From positions 15,898 through 79,897 of the IMG/VR virus record IMGVR_UViG_3300021964_007165: 64,000 bases of DNA, one strand, 5' to 3'. Positions 57,075 through 64,000 of this stretch are shown piece by piece. The translations under genes and the position numbers were made by a program. The notes beneath the pieces were generated by a model. The model worked only from the letters and a program-made list of their open reading frames with translations. It did no database searches and was not told the DNA's origin. The number at the start of each line of letters is the position of its first letter. Within the stretch, counting starts at the first letter, position 1. This stretch comes from a virus.

Positions 57075-60000
57075 ATGCCTACAGCAATACACGACATATT
57101 TAGATATATTAAACTTTATTCACCAGACGGAAGTAGTCTTGAGATGACTCTTGAGGCAGACTCTGTAACAGATACTCTAAGCATACGCAGAGGTGACGGA
57201 GTTAGTTGGAATGTACCAACTGTAAACCCAGGCGGAACTATTGCTGTTACTGTTGGGTTTCACACCGGCACAGGACAAAATACAGGTGCTTTTTATATTG
57301 ATGGAGTAGAGCGTAAAACTATTACACTTGTAAAAGGACAAACTTATATCTTTGATCAAAGCGATGCATCGAATGCAGGCTATGGCGGATATAACCATCC
57401 TATGACATTCAGTAACACTGATGACGGTGCAGTGAGTGGTGCAATTAGTGGTGAAGAATATGCAACAGGTGTAACATATCTAATCGATGATATAGCAGTA
57501 AGTAAAACAATTTATAGACAAGATTTTACTACTACAACTAATAGAAAAATCAAGATTGAACTAAACGATTCTGCTCCAGGAACATTGTATTATTGTTCAC
57601 ATGATAACATTGACCAAGGTGGACAAATACTAACATCAGCAGGCAATGACCTAATGATGATTGATGTTGACTATTCTTTAGATGTTCCGCCTGGTACGAC
57701 AAGAGTGGAATTAACAGATGTAAACTCAGCAACTTCTCATGTAGAATTATCAGCGACTGGCGGTATTACACTTACAAGAAAAAATGCAAATGAAATTGAA
57801 ATAGGATCATTTGCTGTAGCAGAAGTTGATACATTACATACAGTCACTAAAAGAAATGCTATTACAACAAACAAATTATACATAGAAGATATTGAAGTTG
57901 GAGACGTAAGAAGCGTCACAGGAGTAGACGGCTTTGTTTCTCCAAGTGTTGAATTTTTAGGTAATGGTACTATAGATGATGCTTTGAGGTTAACAGTAGC
58001 AGAGCGTGAAGTAACTACAAATACAGTTACAAAAACATTTAATTTTAATAGTCAAGCAATGCCCGGTGTGTTAAATTATACAATAGGTTATCAATTAGAC
58101 AGTGGTGCAAATGCAACTTCGGTAACAGCAAGTATCCAAAGATATAATACAGCAACAACTATTTGGGAAACACTTGATACAATATCTGGTGTTACAGGAA
58201 TTCCATATGAAGTCTCTAATATGTACAACGAAACAGATGTTGCAGGTGGACAGTATAGAGTTGTTTATAATATAAGTGGCAACACAGGAACTATTACGCT
58301 TGAATTACGAGCATACTATGAAATACTGGAGATTACACATAACCCCGTGCTTAGAACAGAAAGTGCAGTAGGTACTTTAAGAACACGCGACCTCGCTCCA
58401 TTAGGAACCAATGACATTGGTAGAGGTAGTGAACCATATGACAATGTGTATGCTAATATATTTCACGGACACCTACAAGGAACATTTGATGGTGACTTAA
58501 CTGGTTCATTGTATTCAGACGATAGTACATTACTTGTTGATGCTATTAACGGAATTATATATGGTACTGTTGATGCTAACATTAACAGAGGTACTAATGC
58601 ATTTACATTAGATGCAAACAGCGTAAAAATAGAAGTACCACAAGGATCAAACGAGATCCGTTTACTCTCCTACGGCAACACCGATAGTTCACTGATTTCC
58701 ATAATTGCTGATGACGCTACTACTATAAATTCAGGTAACGGTAATCTTGATTTATATTCTGCTAATCCTAACGATATAACTGTAAATTCAGGACGTGACG
58801 CATACTATTACAGTGATTTTGGTAATACACTTATTAATGCTGGCGGAGACATAACACTCTCAGCAGTAGACGGTATTAACATCAACAGTCCTGTAAACAC
58901 AGTTATATTTGGAACTGCTGGATTTGTTGGAGACTTAACAGGTTCAGTATATGGACCAGACTCAACTACTATAATTGACAACAATGGTGTTGTTACAGGT
59001 GAAGTAAACAACGCAAACATTGGAACAGGCAATCTTGATGCAGGAACCATTACAGATGGTGTGATGACAATTACAAATGGTGTAGGAACAGCATTTACAG
59101 AAATTGAATCTACTCTGTTTGACGGTGTGCTTGAAGGCGATGTGTACGGCAATGACGGAACAAGCCAACTTGTAGACGCAACTGCAAATCAAATTGTAGG
59201 TGAAGTAAATGCAAACATAAACAGAACAGGTGCATTAACGATTGTATCAGATACAAGCATTGCATTTAACAGTGGTGTGGGTGTTGACGTAAACGGTAAA
59301 CTTGTAAACAGTGCTAATGCGGCACAGCCATTTACTATTGGCAGTCCAGTAACACTTGAAAAAGAATTTAGAGCATTTCCAGGTGCTCAAGAAGTTACAT
59401 CATATACAAATGTATCATCTGCTACATATGTAATTGATACCAGTGCAACCCAAAATGTTTACTGGAACGCACCAAGTGGTCCTTGTGTTGCTAACTTTAC
59501 CAACCTTGAAACAAGTACACAAAGATTAAGAAAATGTAGAATCATTATCAACACAGGTGCAACTGCTGTTATTCCAACTATTGAAATTAATGGTGTTTCT
59601 CAGGCATTTTCAAACATAGGCCCAGTTGCGGCACAGATTAATACACTTAATATATTTGAATTTTGGTTCTATAGAACACACACAAATACATGGGAAGTTT
59701 ACTGTAGAAATGTAGATGCAAATGCTTATGATCTACAAGCAATTACAGATTACGGTGCAACAACTACTAACTCGATTACCACAGCAGGATTAGATGCTGG
59801 CAGTGGCACAATTGAAACCACAGGTGCTGTCCAAGGTGGCAGTGGTTCATTTAATGGTGTTCCAACTCCAACCAGAGGCGGCGAACTTACATTAGGCGTT
59901 ACTCCAAGTTGGTCAGGCAGTATTGGTATTACTCCTACAAGACAAAGTGCGGGTAATTATAGATTAACATTCTCAAGTGCTTATGCTGGCTCAACAGACT

Positions 60001-60155
60001 ATAGTGTATTAGTAACAGGAATGGATACCACTGGTGAAGTTGTTTATGACATTACACGAGCAACTACTCACGTTGATATTGCTATATCAACAGCAGGATC
60101 AACACAAACCGCAGTTGATGCAGGTGCAATTACTGTTATTGTTTATGAATTTTAA
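57075..60155 (+). CDS. Tail fibre/receptor-binding-like structural protein
   Basis: Thr/Gly/Asn-rich beta repeats; GDLTGS...DDST.LVD repeats; cupredoxin-like module (TY.FDQSD.SN...HP...LYY.C..H). Confidence 0.7.
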   Translation: MPTAIHDIFRYIKLYSPDGSSLEMTLEADSVTDTLSIRRGDGVSWNVPTVNPGGTIAVTVGFHTGTGQNTGAFYIDGVERKTITLVKGQTYIFDQSDASNAGYGGYNHPMTFSNTDDGAVSGAISGEEYATGVTYLIDDIAVSKTIYRQDFTTTTNRKIKIELNDSAPGTLYYCSHDNIDQGGQILTSAGNDLMMIDVDYSLDVPPGTTRVELTDVNSATSHVELSATGGITLTRKNANEIEIGSFAVAEVDTLHTVTKRNAITTNKLYIEDIEVGDVRSVTGVDGFVSPSVEFLGNGTIDDALRLTVAEREVTTNTVTKTFNFNSQAMPGVLNYTIGYQLDSGANATSVTASIQRYNTATTIWETLDTISGVTGIPYEVSNMYNETDVAGGQYRVVYNISGNTGTITLELRAYYEILEITHNPVLRTESAVGTLRTRDLAPLGTNDIGRGSEPYDNVYANIFHGHLQGTFDGDLTGSLYSDDSTLLVDAINGIIYGTVDANINRGTNAFTLDANSVKIEVPQGSNEIRLLSYGNTDSSLISIIADDATTINSGNGNLDLYSANPNDITVNSGRDAYYYSDFGNTLINAGGDITLSAVDGININSPVNTVIFGTAGFVGDLTGSVYGPDSTTIIDNNGVVTGEVNNANIGTGNLDAGTITDGVMTITNGVGTAFTEIESTLFDGVLEGDVYGNDGTSQLVDATANQIVGEVNANINRTGALTIVSDTSIAFNSGVGVDVNGKLVNSANAAQPFTIGSPVTLEKEFRAFPGAQEVTSYTNVSSATYVIDTSATQNVYWNAPSGPCVANFTNLETSTQRLRKCRIIINTGATAVIPTIEINGVSQAFSNIGPVAAQINTLNIFEFWFYRTHTNTWEVYCRNVDANAYDLQAITDYGATTTNSITTAGLDAGSGTIETTGAVQGGSGSFNGVPTPTRGGELTLGVTPSWSGSIGITPTRQSAGNYRLTFSSAYAGSTDYSVLVTGMDTTGEVVYDITRATTHVDIAISTAGSTQTAVDAGAITVIVYEF

Positions 60156-60454
60156 TGTTTAATATCTTTTTTTAACTTTTTAATCTCTTTGATTACTTCA
60201 TCAAATTTTTCTGTAGTTCGAGTAAGCATAGAATTTAGATCTCTTACTGCATAGATTACCCACCACCACCAAGTAAACGCTACAACAGCAAATGCTAATG
60301 CAACCGCTCCTATAAGATATTCAGCATATGTGTTAAACTCAAAGAAAACTATCAAACATAAAAATGTAAGTGCAGTAAGTGGTGCTACTTTACCCAACCA
60401 CGCCCATAACTTTACTTGATGTTCTATTGAAAACTTCTTTAGTTTTTGAATCAA
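60152..60454 (-). CDS. Two-TM membrane protein with coiled-coil tail
   Basis: Two hydrophobic segments, WWWW. Confidence 0.6.
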   Translation of the reverse strand: MIQKLKKFSIEHQVKLWAWLGKVAPLTALTFLCLIVFFEFNTYAEYLIGAVALAFAVVAFTWWWWVIYAVRDLNSMLTRTTEKFDEVIKEIKKLKKDIKH

Positions 60455-60458
60455 TGTA

Positions 60459-61586
60459 CTACCCCTCTATATGTCCAAAGGGCTTCCATTCTCCTGGTGT
60501 GCCTTCTCGCACACATATGAATCCTATAAACCCGTTTGGTACTGGTTCGCTATTCCAAATAATATCACCTTTGCTCCATAAACCGTCAACTGGAGCGGCA
60601 CTTCCTCTTCCAAACTTCTTACCTTCAAACTTAATTGGACCTGCTACTTCAAAATTAGCACTTGGATTAGAAACACCAAATCCTACCTTACCAAACACTG
60701 ATACTTTGGTTTCACTGTTTTGTGCTTGACCTATAGTTACGTGTCCGTAAGATGAAATTGTAATTCTTGGTGTATTATCAGTTATAACCTGTAATTCACT
60801 TGTCGAATAAGTTCCGAGTTTTACTGATTCGTGTTCTGGATCTATAATAAATTCTGCACGTTCACTACTAATGCTTAACTGTCCATTTGGTGCTTCTGTA
60901 CCAATTGACATACGCATAGATGCTCCGTCCCAGAATATAAAGTCGTCGACGTTTAAATCTCCGTCAATTATTAATCCTTGTAATCTTCCTACTGTACGTA
61001 GGCTTGAGTTTGTTACTGTTTCGCCTAATGTTGTTGCTGTAATTACAGGAACATTATCAATTTGATAAGATGCTTCTCTATGCAAATCAATAGGTTCACT
61101 GCTGTAAAGCCTTGATGGATTTGTTTGTAATATAAATGATTTAATTGTGCCTTCACCTTGCCACACAAGACCCTTACCAATTGGAGAGTCTCCGTTGCTG
61201 GAGTCGAATAAAAGTGAATCGCTTCTTTCTTGTCTTATGTCAGCAGTAAGTTCGTTAACGTGTAGACTGTTACATTCGAGATGACCTTCTACTGTCAACG
61301 CACCTGTAACTGTTGTATCACCCGAAATAGTATCTGCATTCACAGTGTCAACAGTTATACCATTGTTGTCTACAAGCAATACAGTTTTATTAGATTGATC
61401 TGTAATACCTGTACTACGGAACTGTGTAATTTTTCCACCCTGGATATGGTTACCAGTTAACTGCCTATCTTGAATAGGTTGCTGTGGTACTACACGATTT
61501 GCTATTACTTCAATAGCCTCACCGAGTTCTTGTAACCCTACTTTAACCTTTAAAATTTCATTATTGTCGATATCATTGTACTGCAT
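60459..61586 (-). CDS. Fibre-like structural protein, leaderless late gene
   Basis: SSL..VG.L, IGT..P, G.W..GDI.WN..P......C...GTPG.W..FG; TAAATA-N5-ATG. Confidence 0.65.
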   Translation of the reverse strand: MQYNDIDNNEILKVKVGLQELGEAIEVIANRVVPQQPIQDRQLTGNHIQGGKITQFRSTGITDQSNKTVLLVDNNGITVDTVNADTISGDTTVTGALTVEGHLECNSLHVNELTADIRQERSDSLLFDSSNGDSPIGKGLVWQGEGTIKSFILQTNPSRLYSSEPIDLHREASYQIDNVPVITATTLGETVTNSSLRTVGRLQGLIIDGDLNVDDFIFWDGASMRMSIGTEAPNGQLSISSERAEFIIDPEHESVKLGTYSTSELQVITDNTPRITISSYGHVTIGQAQNSETKVSVFGKVGFGVSNPSANFEVAGPIKFEGKKFGRGSAAPVDGLWSKGDIIWNSEPVPNGFIGFICVREGTPGEWKPFGHIEG

Positions 61587-61594
61587 ATTAGTAT

Positions 61595-62884
61595 TTATCT
61601 AACTGCCTTTAGTAATATAGTATCACTATTAATTCTGCCGTTTAATTTGATGTCTACTGCATTGATATCTTCAAGATAAGTGTTGAGTTTACGCTTGCCT
61701 GCTTCACTAAATTCTTTAAGTTTTTCTTCAGGCTTACGTAAGGTTTTTTGTACGCTGGATTCTTCATTGAATCCAATAACAGTAGTGCCTTTCACACTAA
61801 GTCCCGAACCTTCTCTTTCTGCGCCGAGTGGATCAATTACTTTAGCAACATATTTTCCTATCTTACGGGTCTTTACATTGAATACCCAAAGTTCATTACA
61901 TCCGATAATTTCAATCGGATTAATGCTGGCTAATTGGAATTTATCATCGTTTACTGCATATTTTAATTTAGCAATCAACTTCTCTTTTGATCGAGGTTGT
62001 TTCTTCCTTGGCTTTCTTAAGGCTTTTGCGGTATTAATTACCACATCTAATGCACCCATGTATAATTCTAATGCTTGTAATTTCTTTTTAAGATCAACCT
62101 TACTGAAAATAGCATATCCCTCTTTCAATTGAGAAAACCAATCTTTTTCTTGATCAGTTGCGTCTGCTTTTAACTTTGGTGGATTTAAAACTTCCTTTAG
62201 TTCCACTATTTCTGACTCATAATACTCTTTGATCTTCCGAGCGTGTGCCTGTGTAATTTTAACCTCGTAGAAATGTTTCTTAAAATCAAAGCCTTTATTA
62301 TCAAACTTTGCAGGATCATCAATCCAACTGTCTAACCATTCTTGAGGCTTTTCATCCATTAACCATGCTTGGTTAGTAATGCGTTCTTGAATAGTTGGCA
62401 CATAGATATTTGCTTTCTTTGATTCTTCTTTTTTCTTTTCTTCTTCTTCTGCTTGTGCAAATGCGTCGGCTTTGTATTTTAAATCATCTAAAAACTTATC
62501 AATACTTTCGTTTGCTGGCTTAACACTGCCCATAGTACCAGGTAGGCTTTCCCAGTATTTACTGTATGCTTCGTTGACATTGGGTTTGCCTAATAAAGAC
62601 ATACGACACATACCGCCTACTGTGCAATGAAATCTACTATCTGGTATCTTAGAAAACTTATTTGCTTCTTTAATCCACTTTTCAGTGCTACGCATATATT
62701 CAATAGTCCAACTCTTAAAGTCAGTAGGCTTACAATCTAACCTGTAATAATCAAGTGCTGTGCTGATTCTGCGTCCATACTCCTCTGGTGAAATCTTTTC
62801 CCAGTCGGCCCATTGAGGTTCTTGTTTAGATACCTTTGGTGCTCTTACTACTTTGCGTTTTTTACGAGGGGCTGTCAAAGCCAT
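61595..62884 (-). CDS. Hypothetical protein (early)
   Basis: 429 aa; P.IQER, LWVFN.K.RK, G.SVKGTT, KTLRKP, LNGRIN; sigma70 promoter upstream. Confidence 0.7.
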   Translation of the reverse strand: MALTAPRKKRKVVRAPKVSKQEPQWADWEKISPEEYGRRISTALDYYRLDCKPTDFKSWTIEYMRSTEKWIKEANKFSKIPDSRFHCTVGGMCRMSLLGKPNVNEAYSKYWESLPGTMGSVKPANESIDKFLDDLKYKADAFAQAEEEEKKKEESKKANIYVPTIQERITNQAWLMDEKPQEWLDSWIDDPAKFDNKGFDFKKHFYEVKITQAHARKIKEYYESEIVELKEVLNPPKLKADATDQEKDWFSQLKEGYAIFSKVDLKKKLQALELYMGALDVVINTAKALRKPRKKQPRSKEKLIAKLKYAVNDDKFQLASINPIEIIGCNELWVFNVKTRKIGKYVAKVIDPLGAEREGSGLSVKGTTVIGFNEESSVQKTLRKPEEKLKEFSEAGKRKLNTYLEDINAVDIKLNGRINSDTILLKAVR

Positions 62885-62909
62885 TCCTAATCTCCTTTAA
62901 GTTTTAACT

Positions 62910-62937
62910 ATTATATATTAAAAAAAATAAAAGTCAA
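62910..62937 (-). promoter_or_regulatory. sigma70-type promoter
   Basis: TTGACT-N16-TATAAT. Confidence 0.65.
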
Positions 62938-62957
62938 CTAAAAATGGCTTCGAAGTT

Positions 62958-63206
62958 TTAGTTATTTGCAATTTTTGAAAACAAATTAATAATTTGTTCC
63001 TTATTTTTTGCTAACTGATCTTTACCTTGTTGCCAATTATTTGCTTGGAATGTTTTAATTTCATTCCACTCATCGATGACCCAACCTTTTACTTTTTGCT
63101 CAATTGGTTTTTTCTCTGGTGTAATTTCTTCACTCATTACTTCTGTAGTAACTAATGCAAAGAAAACTGTAATTGCAACGGCTAAACCTATTATAAGTTT
63201 ATTCAT
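62958..63206 (-). CDS. Small secreted/membrane-anchored protein
   Basis: Signal-like N-terminus. Confidence 0.6.
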   Translation of the reverse strand: MNKLIIGLAVAITVFFALVTTEVMSEEITPEKKPIEQKVKGWVIDEWNEIKTFQANNWQQGKDQLAKNKEQIINLFSKIANN

Positions 63207-63423
63207 TATATACTTTACCTCCCTTCTTTCTGAACTGTTGTTTTAGATACCATTTGTTTTTATGGTAATAATCCTCTATCGTATAGTTTGTAACTGCCTT
63301 TTTTTCCCATGCAAGTACTTCATCTTTGTGTTTAAACCACATTTCACTTACAAACTCTCGCCATGGATTAGTTTTGTGATTTAATTGATAATTACATTCT
63401 ATATGATTTAGATTCTTTTCCAT
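63199..63423 (-). CDS. Hypothetical protein
   Basis: MEKNL...FV.EMW..H.DE...W; ATG 63423 preferred. Confidence 0.55.
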   Translation of the reverse strand: MEKNLNHIECNYQLNHKTNPWREFVSEMWFKHKDEVLAWEKKAVTNYTIEDYYHKNKWYLKQQFRKKGGKVYNE

Positions 63424-63538
63424 TCTTTTTGTTCCTTCGAAGGACTTGAGTCCTACCATCTGCAATATAGTAACCAATGATTTCGTAATCACTATCTGCT
63501 TTTTTATTATTAGGCTTCTTCTTTTTCTTTTTTTGCAT
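63392..63538 (-). CDS. 48-aa very basic protein; not in ORF track
   Basis: AAGGAGG-ACT-ATG; MQKKKKKKPNNKKADSDYEIIGYYIADGRTQVLRRNKKNGKESKSYRM. Confidence 0.45.
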   Translation of the reverse strand: MQKKKKKKPNNKKADSDYEIIGYYIADGRTQVLRRNKKNGKESKSYRM

Positions 63539-63998
63539 AGTCCTCCTTTTTAGGTACAAGAAACTCATTAATGCCTATCACTTTTACATAGGCTGAGATT
63601 GTATCAATGTACCTATCAATGTATGGTTGTTGCCTATAAGGCATCCAAGGTTTTCCATCTTGTAAGCCTGTATAATCATATTGGAATCTGTAGCATAATC
63701 TACCATCGGTACTACCCTGTCTACGATGTTGGGTAATACTGTTATCAAACAAGCACAAGTCTCCGTCTTGTTGATACCAATGGTCGTAAATATATTCTGG
63801 TTTACAGAGGTCTTCTCTGATCTTTGTAAGCAATACGTCTGCTTCGTGCTGACTCATGCCTTTTATACCAGTAACTGTATTAAAACTGTAGTGTAATCCG
63901 GTGTGTCCTCCTGGAGAAGTAATTACCATAGGAATTTCTTCGTCCTTATGTGGAGCCATGTTTTTGTACATAACATTATCTTGAATATCACGTAGTCC
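63510..63998 (-). CDS. TauD/TfdA-family 2OG dioxygenase, C-terminal part (5' end beyond window)
   Basis: HW...GD...FDN....HRR...R motif; frame open to the right edge. Confidence 0.8.
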   Translation of the reverse strand, partial: GLRDIQDNVMYKNMAPHKDEEIPMVITSPGGHTGLHYSFNTVTGIKGMSQHEADVLLTKIREDLCKPEYIYDHWYQQDGDLCLFDNSITQHRRQGSTDGRLCYRFQYDYTGLQDGKPWMPYRQQPYIDRYIDTISAYVKVIGINEFLVPKKEDYAKKEKEEA

Positions 63999-64000
63999 TG

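Noticed and set aside
1-64000. Alternative genetic code, tRNA genes, diversity-generating retroelement
   Set aside because: Standard code gives near-complete coding density; no cloverleaf or reverse transcriptase recognised by eye (tRNAscan not run)

Overview
A gene-dense, AT-rich 64 kb segment of a large T4-like/jumbo myovirus, most likely marine, with a Gram-negative and possibly alphaproteobacterial host. It is almost entirely coded on the minus strand; no tRNA, rRNA, CRISPR array or transposase was recognised. Modules left to right: (1) 1-7.2 kb, a DNA-modification locus with a TGT/DpdA-family transglycosylase, a DpdL-type T-fold protein (LxxxHRHxF), a GT-B glycosyltransferase resembling queuosine mannosyltransferase, a cupin, a 2OG-Fe(II) dioxygenase, a phosphoribosyltransferase, a sliding clamp and an NDP-sugar epimerase; (2) an MBD4-like glycosylase, a DEDDh exonuclease and a family B DNA polymerase; (3) a 15-21 kb block of probable capsid-packaged, Glu-processed proteins; (4) ClpA, Def and DnaJ; (5) a lysis cassette (GH108 endolysin, spanins, holin candidates) with two small ORFs absent from the ORF track; (6) PhoH, dCMP deaminase, ThyX, parvulin, ferredoxin, clamp loader, MazG-like protein, GroES and a DnaE fragment; (7) 36-52 kb of baseplate/tail genes including an S8 protease; (8) IscA, Cu/Zn SOD, UvdE, a glycosyltransferase, QueD and more dioxygenases; (9) fibre genes and early hypotheticals. 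Two promoter classes are visible (sigma70 TTGACA/T-N16-17-TATAAT-like, and T4-late-like TAAATA), many placed to give leaderless mRNAs. Best leads: a possible glycosylated 7-deazaguanine DNA hypermodification pathway; a riboswitch-like pseudoknot plus competing AUG-sequestering hairpin filling the queD leader; tandem covarying pseudoknots before the DNA polymerase RBS; and a multi-hairpin leader with GGUGAC repeats. All calls come from reading motifs by eye; no searches or folding programs were run.
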